Shown here: positions 34,255-41,371 of the stretch, in pieces | How positions within the stretch are numbered: the first letter of the stretch is position 1 | Layout of the letters: every line of letters starts with the position of its first letter | From: a virus | Lineage: Duplodnaviria; Caudoviricetes | Strand: one strand, 5' to 3' | Virus record (IMG/VR): IMGVR_UViG_3300049144_000050 | Span: 1 to 41,371 of that record | Length of the DNA stretch: 41,371 nt | Notes under the pieces: generated by a model | What the model was told of the DNA's origin: nothing | The model's input: the letters and a program-made list of their open reading frames with translations, nothing else | The model's database searches: none | Made by a program: the position numbers and the translations under genes

Positions 34255-34887
34255 TCACTGCTGCACTCGTGTGGGCGCAAGACGAACCAGCCAACGATCC
34301 ATCGGCAAAATCAGATCAGCAGTCTCCAGGGGGCGACCTAAATGGTCGAGGCGAGTACGCACCACACGGAACGCGACAGCGTCCACCAGCAGCCCAAGCG
34401 CATGCGCGTGCTCCTCGGTCAGCGACACCACACCCAGCTCAGCCGTATAGGAAGCATGCGGCCGACGCTGACCGCGCCACCACGACGAAACGAGCATCGC
34501 CGACCTGCCACCCGGGTCCAGGCACTCCACCGTCTCGTGCCGCAAGGCCGCTCCCACCTGGACGCCAAGTCGCTCCGCCAGCTCCATCGTGGCGGCCCGC
34601 GGGCGGGTGTCGGTGGTCTCGCTGGCGAAGGGCCACTCAGCGTCCGCGTCCGTGAGAGTGCGCATAGCAGGAGGATGCGCCACATACACGGCCCGGCGCT
34701 CCTCACCCTCCAAGACGCCGGCCCGCCGCAGCAGAACGTAGGCGAGGCGCACCGTTTGTGGGTGCACGCCGAGTTCGGCAGCTAGCTCGGCTCTCGAAGG
34801 CAGGTCTTGGCCCGGCCGCCACTCCCCGGCGGCGATACGGCGCTGGATGTCAGCAGCGATACGCCTGTGGCGCGCACCCTCTGGCAT
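34255..34887 (-). CDS. GntR/HutC-type regulator with degenerate UTRA domain (KorSA/TraR-like)
   Basis: IAADIQRRIAAGEWRPGQDLPSRAELAAELGVHPQTVRLAY; C-terminal RVVRTRLDHLGRPLETAD. Confidence 0.85.
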   Translation of the reverse strand: MPEGARHRRIAADIQRRIAAGEWRPGQDLPSRAELAAELGVHPQTVRLAYVLLRRAGVLEGEERRAVYVAHPPAMRTLTDADAEWPFASETTDTRPRAATMELAERLGVQVGAALRHETVECLDPGGRSAMLVSSWWRGQRRPHASYTAELGVVSLTEEHAHALGLLVDAVAFRVVRTRLDHLGRPLETADLILPMDRWLVRLAPTRVQQ

Positions 34888-34944
34888 CGGAACCCCTGCC
34901 GACGATCATGACGTGAGGTCCGACGCTATGAAGCGGCTGAGATC

Positions 34945-34958
34945 CTGGATATATCCAG
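34945..34958. promoter_or_regulatory. Perfect palindrome, likely GntR operator
   Basis: CTGGATATATCCAG, over the predicted -35 of the GntR promoter (TAGCGT -10 at 34923-34928 on the minus strand). Confidence 0.6.
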
Positions 34959-35327
34959 TGGGTCTGAGCGGTCCGGTCGGCGCCTAAAGCAACTGAACAG
35001 AGGATTCGGCATCCGCGGCCACCTGAATGCCGCGGGCGCCGAGCAGCCCGCCCCAGGCCTTGCGACGGCATGGATGCCGCAGGGCTAGCAGTTGTGCCCT
35101 TGAATCGAATGCGTGTTCATACCTTCGGGTGAACGGCCTCGACCGAGTGCCTGCTGCTGAGGGTCGCGGGCATTGGAGAGTCTCAGTCGGACCGTGAGGA
35201 GGTAAGCGCCATCACGCCTTAGCAAGGGATCAGAGGTGCCGGGAGCCAGCTGTCCGCAGCACGAGCCACCCACTCGAAGACTCCCGCCCTGAGCGGCCCA
35301 CGACCGCGCTCAGTCGTGGGTCATGAA

Positions 35328-35384
35328 GCCGCCCTCCGGATCGCCAGGCCCACCTCCCAAGTGGGCGGTCCGGAGGGCGGTTTT
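35328..35384. terminator. Large stem-loop next to attP
   Basis: GCCGCCCTCCGGATCGCC...GGCGGTCCGGAGGGCGGT followed by TTT. Confidence 0.65.
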
Positions 35385-35403
35385 CGATTCTCTACCCTCC
35401 CCC

Positions 35404-35751
35404 TGGGAGAACGGTGGGAGAAGTGGGCTGCAATTCCCTTCAATTAGCTACGCGTTCCTGCGAAGAAATACGCGATCCGGCGCGCAACTAGGCACTCATC
35501 AACTCGCGCTTACATCACGGATCAGCCTGCCGATTCGGCGGCATGGGGACTCAGCGCACCCACGCTGACCAGCACAATCACAGCGATGCCGAGGGCGATG
35601 CGGTACCAGACGAAGGGCATGAAGCTCTTGGTCGAGATGAACTTCATGAACCAGTGCATCAGCCAGGACCCTCAGCGGCTTTGACCTGCCGTTTCCACCA
35701 CTCGGCGAGGCCATCTGGGAGAGAACTGGGAGAAGCTGACGACTTCTCCCA
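35404..35751. other. attP: integrase arm-type repeats flanking the core
   Basis: TGGGAGAA at 35404, 35415, 35727; TGGGAGAG at 35716; inverted TTCTCCCA at 35744; surround the uppP-homologous segment beside the integrase stop. Confidence 0.8.
35522..35653 (-). pseudogene. uppP: Phage-borne replacement 3' end of undecaprenyl-diphosphate phosphatase gene (att homology)
   Basis: Translates WFMKFISTKSFMPFVWYRIALGIAVIVLVSVGALSPHAAESAG*, recognisable as the Streptomyces UppP/BacA C-terminus. Confidence 0.85.
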
Positions 35752-37053
35752 CTCCGTCTCCCGCACGAAGCGCTCGAAGCGCTCCTGCAACGAATCCATC
35801 ATCCGCCGCTCCATCGCCGTTGTCACGTTCGCGTACAGCCCTTCAACTCCCGCGACCTCGTGACCCATCCGCGTCTCCACCGCGATCCGCGAGTGCACCC
35901 CACCCGCCTCGTCGATCCACTCCTTGTGGCCATGTCGCAGCAGATACAGGCGCTTCCCCGCGTAGCTGGTCACCGGGATCGCGGGAACTGGGCGGCGCGA
36001 GGTGACCTTCTGCCTCTGCCCGAGACGGATCCGCTCGAACTCCGGCGAGGCATCCCGGCCGTCAGCAATCGGACGCCAGTAGTGGTAGGTGAAGTTGGCG
36101 TTCGCCAGCAGACCCCCGGCGATCGACCGGAACACGTACTCGCCGTCATGGCTCGCCAGCAGCAGCTCCAGCAGCTCCGCCAGGAAGGGCGGCACCACGA
36201 GCGTCCGCCGTGATTCGTACTTCGGCGGGAACAGCTTCAGCACGCCGCCCTCGCGCTGGTGCTGCCACTGCACCCGGACCGCGGGCATCAGATCGGGGCC
36301 GTAGCGCTCCAAGTCTTCGGCGTGCCGTTCCTCGCGGTCCTCCTCCTCCGGGTCGTCCAGCGGGTCGGAGGCCGGCCAGGTGGGGTGGGAGTACACCCGG
36401 CGCAGGGCGTACAGCTCGGCCGGACGCATGCCGGTGGAGGCCATCGTCCAGACGAACACGAAGCCGTCGAGCCCCCAGAAGGCGAGCGCGTTGCAGGCCA
36501 GCTGGTGCACGTCCTCGATGCGCATCTCGCGCTTCCGCTCACGCGGCTTCTTCTTGTACCGGCCGCGACGCTGCTTCTTCCCCTTCGGTACAGGGGAGGT
36601 CTTGCGTAGTTCGTCGTCGACGGCGTCGTCCATGAGCATGGAGAAGACGGTGAGGATCTCCTCGCCGTACTTCTCGCCCACGTTGGGCAGGGCCTTGAGC
36701 TGCTTCTTCCAGGCCCGGTAGGTGGACGGTTGGACATCCGCGATCGCGGTCTCGCCCCAGCGCGGCTCGATGTAGAGCCGCAGCATGGACCGGATCGCCT
36801 TGTCCCTCAGATGCCCCACGTCGAGCGTCTCGACCCAGGTCTTGGCGTACTCGGCAACCGTGACGGAGCCGTCGCGCCGGGAGATGTAGGCGTCGTTGCG
36901 GATCTCGGCTTCGCGGTCGAGGCCGTAGTTCTTGGCCTCTACCTCGTCGGTGAAGCCGCCCTTCTGGTCATAGATCCACTTGCCGCGGTCGTCCTTCTTG
37001 CGGGTGTTCCAGACGACTCTGCAGGTGTTTCCCCGCCACTCGACGTAGGCCAT
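35659..37053 (-). CDS. int: Tyrosine integrase
   Basis: N-terminal arm-binding MAYVEWRG...GFTDEVEA; TGMRPAEL (R), PPKYES (K), YLLRHGH, RMGH, GLYAN (Y); adjacent attP. Confidence 0.95.
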   Translation of the reverse strand: MAYVEWRGNTCRVVWNTRKKDDRGKWIYDQKGGFTDEVEAKNYGLDREAEIRNDAYISRRDGSVTVAEYAKTWVETLDVGHLRDKAIRSMLRLYIEPRWGETAIADVQPSTYRAWKKQLKALPNVGEKYGEEILTVFSMLMDDAVDDELRKTSPVPKGKKQRRGRYKKKPRERKREMRIEDVHQLACNALAFWGLDGFVFVWTMASTGMRPAELYALRRVYSHPTWPASDPLDDPEEEDREERHAEDLERYGPDLMPAVRVQWQHQREGGVLKLFPPKYESRRTLVVPPFLAELLELLLASHDGEYVFRSIAGGLLANANFTYHYWRPIADGRDASPEFERIRLGQRQKVTSRRPVPAIPVTSYAGKRLYLLRHGHKEWIDEAGGVHSRIAVETRMGHEVAGVEGLYANVTTAMERRMMDSLQERFERFVRETEWEKSSASPSSLPDGLAEWWKRQVKAAEGPG

Positions 37054-37125
37054 GTGCTGCCCCTTGGGTGCTGGTGCGGGTGGCCGGCTGGCACCCCTGC
37101 CGCCGGCCCCTCCGCCGCGTCTGCG

Positions 37126-37323
37126 CTACTCGTGCCGGCCGATGATGCAGGCCCGGCAAGCGGCGCAGTCGCCTCCTTGACGCCTGATCAGGTCCGCCAC
37201 GGTGCGTCTTGCTTGTGCATCGTGTTCGACCCGGGGCGTCGCAACACACACGAGTTTCCCAGCTATTCGACCTTGGAAGCCGTAGAAGTCGGGTCCCAGG
37301 TCGATCGTGAGCAGTTCGTGCAT
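37126..37323 (-). CDS. Hypothetical protein between repressor and integrase (CxxCxxC)
   Basis: AAAGGGGGAG RBS; ends DCAACRAC. Confidence 0.7.
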   Translation of the reverse strand: MHELLTIDLGPDFYGFQGRIAGKLVCVATPRVEHDAQARRTVADLIRRQGGDCAACRACIIGRHE

Positions 37324-37470
37324 GGGCTCCCCCTTTCGGGTGAGAGGGAACCTCCCAAGTGACCTCTGATGCTGCCACGTCGGCGAACCCTTGTGACCAG
37401 GTTTCCTTCGTGTGACGGCAGTTCAGCGGTAACGAAACGATAAAGGGAAATGGTTGTACGGCAAGACTGA

Positions 37471-37914
37471 TCAATTACGGTCAATGCCGCGCTTCTCCCA
37501 GCGCTCCAGCACCTCGTTGACCACACGCTGCTTCAGCTCGCGGATCTCGGCGGCCGTCAGGGTGTCACCGATCGCCACGGCGGCGTCCTGGACCGCAGCC
37601 CCCACATCCTCGGCGAGGTCCTCAGGGCGGACCGGGGAGACCACGGCCCTCTCGACGGAGCCTTCGGCGAGGGTCGCTTGTCTGGCGCCTCCCAGGATGT
37701 CGAGGCAGCTGCCGCTGGCCCACCCGAGGACGGGTTCGATCCGCGTGTAGGTCGTGCTGCGCGCAGGCTTCGCGTCCTCGACCTTGCTGTAGGTGTTCAC
37801 CTGCATGCCGGCCGCGCGCGCCACGTCCACCTTGTTGAGTTTGAGCTCGGTGCGACGCCTGATGACCAGGGCGGCAAGCCTCTGAAGTGCGGCGTCGTCA
37901 AATCGGGGTGCCAT
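37471..37914 (-). CDS. XRE-family immunity repressor
   Basis: RLAALVIRRRTELKLNKVDVARAAGMQVNTYSKVE...IEPVLGWASGS; divergent from cro; start may be 37923 or 37926. Confidence 0.85.
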   Translation of the reverse strand: MAPRFDDAALQRLAALVIRRRTELKLNKVDVARAAGMQVNTYSKVEDAKPARSTTYTRIEPVLGWASGSCLDILGGARQATLAEGSVERAVVSPVRPEDLAEDVGAAVQDAAVAIGDTLTAAEIRELKQRVVNEVLERWEKRGIDRN

Positions 37915-37926
37915 GGCCCACATCAT

Positions 37927-38090
37927 CGCAGGAGCGCGTAGGAACAGCTAGGAACACGTGCGTTTCTGTCCTGAACCGCAACCTGCTTCATGACAGCATC
38001 TACGCGATCATCAGCATCTTTCTACGAGCTTCCGCATGTTACTACGCGGTAACGGTAGCGAATGCTCGTAGAAACACGTAGATTCTCTGC
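37927..38090. promoter_or_regulatory. Lysis/lysogeny switch region with operator repeats
   Basis: TAGGAACA at 37939 and 37949, TAGAAACA at 38069; inverted TTCTACGAGC (38020)/GCTCGTAGAA (38064); TAGATT -10 six nt before cro ATG. Confidence 0.7.
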
Positions 38091-38336
38091 ATGGAAAGAC
38101 CCCCCGCCACCTACCAGGTGCACGGTCCATCCCTGCGTAAGCAGCGCATGAGCCTAGGCCTAACAGTCCAGGAAGCCGCCGACAAGGCCGGCATCTCCCG
38201 CAGCTACCTCCAGCGGCTGGAAACAGGCATCAGGGAGCGGATGGGGCCCAAGCGCTACACGCGGCTCCGCACAGCCCTCAACGCAACAGACGACCAGATC
38301 TCTCCCCCACCCGAGATACCCCCAGAAAGAAGGTGA
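38091..38336 (+). CDS. Cro-like XRE HTH protein (leaderless)
   Basis: LRKQRMSLGLTVQEAADKAGISRSYLQRLETG. Confidence 0.9.
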   Translation: MERPPATYQVHGPSLRKQRMSLGLTVQEAADKAGISRSYLQRLETGIRERMGPKRYTRLRTALNATDDQISPPPEIPPERR

Positions 38337-38338
38337 AC

Positions 38339-38623
38339 ATGTCCGCCCCCAACGTCACCGCCATCGACGCCGACTCGATGATGCGCCGCGACGGCTACAT
38401 GAAGCCCAAGGAAGCCGCCCGCGCACTCGGCTGCGGCGAACGGTGGCTCCTCGACGGCCTGAACCACCACGGCTTCCCCCACACCCGGATGGGACGAGCC
38501 AAGTGGCTCAACGAAGACCACATCCGACAGATCCGAGCCCTGTGCGAGGTACCGGCCGACCGGGCCAAGATTTCGCGCCTTCGTCGCACTGCCACCCGCA
38601 GGCCGGCCCGTATCGCCGCCTGA
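38339..38623 (+). CDS. Excisionase-like HTH protein
   Basis: YMKPKEAARALGCGERWL...PHTRMGRAKWL; follows cro; start 38333 also possible. Confidence 0.75.
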   Translation: MSAPNVTAIDADSMMRRDGYMKPKEAARALGCGERWLLDGLNHHGFPHTRMGRAKWLNEDHIRQIRALCEVPADRAKISRLRRTATRRPARIAA

Positions 38624-38732
38624 GCGGCTTTCACCCCCACCGCCGGGCTTCCACACACCGGCAGCAGGGGCGTCGCGGCCAAAGCCGCGCGATCCACCCC
38701 TCACGAACCTCACGAAACGAAAGGGGCTTCAC

Positions 38733-38951
38733 GTGCCTCAATCATCCCAGACCCCGAAGCCGAAGCCTCCGGTACTGACGCCGGAACAGAAGGCTCGCGC
38801 GATCGACCAGCGCAACGAGCAGGCTCGCAAGCACCTGCGAGGCGTGGCTCGGCTCGACGCCAACACTGTTGCTGACGCGGAGGCCCGAGTTGCTCGCCGC
38901 TTCGGCCTGACCAGCCTGACGCCGCCCAAGTCCGAGGGCGGTGCGTCGTGA
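38733..38951 (+). CDS. Early hypothetical protein
   Basis: AAAGGGG RBS; coupled to the next gene. Confidence 0.7.
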   Translation: MPQSSQTPKPKPPVLTPEQKARAIDQRNEQARKHLRGVARLDANTVADAEARVARRFGLTSLTPPKSEGGAS

Positions 38952-39256
38952 CCGACTACCCGGAGATCGCCGCCCAATCCTGCGGCAACCCCGAGCATCC
39001 CACCTGGCTTCGCGCTCCGGACGACATCCGCAGCTGTCCCTGGTGCCGCGTCGCCGAGCTGGAGAAGCGCCTGCGCGACGCGGCGATGACTCGCACGTGG
39101 CGCAACGAGGACGGCAAGAAGTGCGTGTTCGTCGAGGACATCGCGCCCGCCCTCCTCGGTTTCGACGTCGACCCGAAGCGGCCGCTGAGCGAAGTGCAGG
39201 CCCAGCTGCGCCAGTTCGTCCGCGGCCTCGACCACACCGAGGCGGCCACGTCGTGA
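38948..39256 (+). CDS. Early hypothetical protein (C...H...CPWC, coiled coil)
   Basis: GTGA overlaps at both ends. Confidence 0.7.
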   Translation: MTDYPEIAAQSCGNPEHPTWLRAPDDIRSCPWCRVAELEKRLRDAAMTRTWRNEDGKKCVFVEDIAPALLGFDVDPKRPLSEVQAQLRQFVRGLDHTEAATS

Positions 39257-39471
39257 CCCGCCCGATGCGTGACGTCGACGTGTCCCTGCCGGTGCTGACG
39301 CTGCAGGTGGCTGCCGCTCACACCGCGTCCGAGTCGGACCGTCTCGCCTACGCCCTCGACGAGTGGCTGCTCGGCCACCCCGACGCGCCCGTCGCCACCG
39401 ACGCCGACTACCCGACCTGGGCCGCTGCGCTGGCCGCTCAATCCACCTACCACCACCCCCGGAAGGCCTGA
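39253..39471 (+). CDS. Early hypothetical protein
   Basis: GAGG RBS; GTGA overlap. Confidence 0.65.
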   Translation: MTRPMRDVDVSLPVLTLQVAAAHTASESDRLAYALDEWLLGHPDAPVATDADYPTWAAALAAQSTYHHPRKA

Positions 39472-39472
39472 G

Positions 39473-39646
39473 ATGCCGTCACCGATCCGTCTCGCCGACG
39501 TCGTCGAGGACGCCCTCATCCGCGTCTGGACCGCAGCCTGCCGCGAGTTCGGCCGCGACGAGCGCGCCTGGACGCCCGGCCAGGTCCGCGAATACGAGCT
39601 GCGTCTCGAAGCCGCCCGCCTCGACCCCGAAGCGGCGGTCGCGTGA
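39473..39646 (+). CDS. Early hypothetical protein (57 aa)
   Basis: GGAAGG RBS; MPSPIRLADVVEDAL...; TGATG coupling to the next gene. Confidence 0.6.
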   Translation: MPSPIRLADVVEDALIRVWTAACREFGRDERAWTPGQVREYELRLEAARLDPEAAVA

Positions 39647-39849
39647 TGGCCGCCGTCGACCTGGCCGCGCTCCCGCCGACCGTCACCATCCGTGGCCTGG
39701 CCGCCCTGGTCGGCCTCCCCGACCCGCAGCCCGACAACGGACCCGAGGAGACGTGGGAGGGCCTCTGCGCCCGCATCAGCCGCGGCGCACCCGCCCCCTA
39801 CCGGGTCTACGTCACCGCCGACGGCCGGGTGCGGGAGGTGACGGCGTGA
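39646..39849 (+). CDS. Early hypothetical protein
   Basis: Translationally coupled at both ends. Confidence 0.65.
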   Translation: MAAVDLAALPPTVTIRGLAALVGLPDPQPDNGPEETWEGLCARISRGAPAPYRVYVTADGRVREVTA

Positions 39850-39920
39850 CCGGACTGCGGGAACTCCTCGACGCCCTCTTCGGCACCCGACTCAACCCCG
39901 AACCCCAGGAGGGGCCGTGA
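39846..39920 (+). CDS. Micro-ORF (24 aa)
   Basis: GGAGG RBS; GTGA overlaps at both ends. Confidence 0.45.
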   Translation: MTGLRELLDALFGTRLNPEPQEGP

Positions 39921-40018
39921 ACATCCTCGCCCCGTTCATCCTCCTCGCCCCGATCTTCCTCATCGTCGTCGGCGAAATGGTCGCCGCCCGCCGCCGCGCC
40001 CGCCGGGAGGACCAGTGA
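39917..40018 (+). CDS. Small single-TM protein (33 aa)
   Basis: AGGAGG RBS; MNILAPFILLAPIFLIVVGEMVAARRRARREDQ. Confidence 0.55.
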   Translation: MNILAPFILLAPIFLIVVGEMVAARRRARREDQ

Positions 40019-40398
40019 GCATCACCGACCTGCTGCCCGTCCGGCTCGGATTCCTCGACCGGTCAGCCCGCAGGCCCAAGCACCGCGCCAGCGACGAGGT
40101 AGAGCGACTCCAGCGGAAGCTGGCCGGGGCGGAACTCCTCATGGGCGGTTACCGGATCCAGCTCGAAGACCTGCACAACGAGCACGCCGAAACCATCGCC
40201 CGCATCGACGAGCGCCACGGCGAAATCGTGCGAGGCCTCGAAGAGCAGATCGCCGGACTCGAACGGCGCCTCAACACGCGGGTCCTCGCCGAGCACGTCA
40301 TCGCGCAGACGCAGGAGATCCCCGTCATCACGCCGGTCGTGCCCCTGCACCGGTCGCCGCAGGCCAAGACCGCGCCCAGCTGGGCCAAGGCCGACTGA
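40015..40398 (+). CDS. Coiled-coil hypothetical protein
   Basis: GGAGG RBS; heptad pattern; TQEIPV..VVPLH.SP tail. Confidence 0.75.
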   Translation: MSITDLLPVRLGFLDRSARRPKHRASDEVERLQRKLAGAELLMGGYRIQLEDLHNEHAETIARIDERHGEIVRGLEEQIAGLERRLNTRVLAEHVIAQTQEIPVITPVVPLHRSPQAKTAPSWAKAD

Positions 40399-40509
40399 TC
40401 TCGCCGCCCGCCGGATGACCACCGGGCCGGCGGAGCGGCGGCCAACGCACGAACCCCCGAGCGCTAGAGACGCCCGGGGATCCGACACCAGCATCCCACA
40501 GGAGATCAC

Positions 40510-41325
40510 GTGACCACTGTTCCCGCCGCCGAGCTGCACCGCATGTTCGAGCAGGTCGTGCCGCACATGAGCGACGATGACACCCTGCCCGTCATCAACT
40601 CGGTTCAACTCGAAGCGCGCGACGGCTACCTGTTCGCCACGGCCACCGACCGCTACACCATGGCCGTCGCCCGGACGCCCCTCACCTCCGCCGACACCTG
40701 GCGAGACATCTTCATCCCCGCCGAGAGCATCCCCGCCCTCACTGCCTGGCTGAAGCCCGCCTTCGACACCGTGACGATCGCCATCCTCCACGAGGAGGAC
40801 GACGCCACCGTGCAGTTCACCAGCAAGACGTCGTCGATCACCATCGAGCGCTCCCGCCAGCCGTACAAGGGGATGCCGGACTGGCGGAAGGTCTTCCATC
40901 GCTACATCGATGCCGAGCCGCAGGTCGTCCCGCTGACCGGGTTCACCACGAAGTACCTCGCCCGCTGGCAGAAGGCCGCAAAGACGGTGCAGTGCTGGCA
41001 GTACGGGGCCACTGGAGCACTCGTCGTCATGGACGAACTCGGCTACTTCCTCGGCATGCAGATGCCGGTCCGCCACGAGATCACCCGCGACGACCTGCTC
41101 TCGAAGTGGCGCGGCAGCCTTGCCCGCATCGCCTACGTCGACGGCGTGGCGTACAGCCTCGAACACCCGTGGGCTGACGCGCAGGGCGACCCCTGGGAGT
41201 ACGCGGGGCGCGACAGCCAAACCCTCGACAAGGAGCCGCTGATGCGGCTGGTCGGCATCGACGACGACCCCCACACCCTCACCCGCGTGATCGAGGAGTA
41301 CGGGCCCCTCACGCCCATCCAGTGA
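40510..41325 (+). CDS. DNA polymerase III beta-clamp-like protein with extra C-terminal phage domain
   Basis: DDTLPVINSVQLE...ATATDRYTMAV DnaN signature; C-terminal WADAQGDPWEY...EPLM...VIEEYGPL (phiSA1p31-like). Confidence 0.75.
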   Translation: MTTVPAAELHRMFEQVVPHMSDDDTLPVINSVQLEARDGYLFATATDRYTMAVARTPLTSADTWRDIFIPAESIPALTAWLKPAFDTVTIAILHEEDDATVQFTSKTSSITIERSRQPYKGMPDWRKVFHRYIDAEPQVVPLTGFTTKYLARWQKAAKTVQCWQYGATGALVVMDELGYFLGMQMPVRHEITRDDLLSKWRGSLARIAYVDGVAYSLEHPWADAQGDPWEYAGRDSQTLDKEPLMRLVGIDDDPHTLTRVIEEYGPLTPIQ

Positions 41326-41371
41326 CGGCCTGACCAACCCCACAGCCCGCCGCATGGCGCCTTCCCCCTCG

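Larger units (their letters stand above)
1..41371. mobile_element. Temperate siphophage (partial genome, attP configuration) with conjugation-like transfer module
   Basis: Terminase, portal, protease, HK97 capsid, tail, tape measure, lysis, integrase and repressor genes all present; phage genes lie on both sides of the att core; no host housekeeping genes. Confidence 0.95.

Noticed and set aside
35522-35653. uppP fragment as a host flank marking a prophage boundary
   Set aside because: Phage genes continue on both sides and only the 3' end is present, which fits attP. A tandem-prophage junction cannot be excluded.
34900-35660. tRNA or tmRNA at the attachment site
   Set aside because: No cloverleaf or T-loop/CCA signature seen; the att homology is to a protein-coding gene.
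1-41371. Window as a complete circular genome
   Set aside because: The ends do not overlap, and replication and recombination genes expected between the early genes and the tra cassette are missing.

Overview
High-GC actinobacterial (most likely Streptomyces) temperate siphophage DNA in its excised (attP) arrangement. The window is partial: it has no terminal redundancy and no replication initiator or helicase. Order along the window: (i) 1-6.65 kb, a Streptomyces plasmid/AICE-type conjugation cassette with small pRL2-8/Spd-like genes, an HExxH peptidase, a DUF2637-like membrane protein, a TraB-type FtsK/SpoIIIE translocase, an 8-bp CCGTGACG repeat cluster (candidate clt) directly after it and a SpdD-like gene; (ii) 6.65-9.0 kb, a promoter, HTH, lipoprotein, HNH, DUF6221-like gene, P-loop protein and candidate cos; (iii) 9.0-26.9 kb, HK97-type packaging/head genes and a non-contractile tail with a -1 frameshifted chaperone; (iv) 26.9-29.3 kb, lysis genes; (v) 29.3-35.4 kb, an accessory region with an RHH regulator, a second (Cre-like) tyrosine recombinase with a dif/lox-like site, PafBC-type damage-inducible promoter motifs and two GntR regulators; (vi) attP carrying a replacement 3' end of host uppP, then integrase, repressor/cro/xis and early genes including a beta-clamp-like protein. 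The main finding is an apparently intact, integrating, virion-forming phage that also carries a TraB/clt/Spd transfer cassette, so it may move hypha-to-hypha without particles. All family calls come from motif recognition by eye; no database searches were run.
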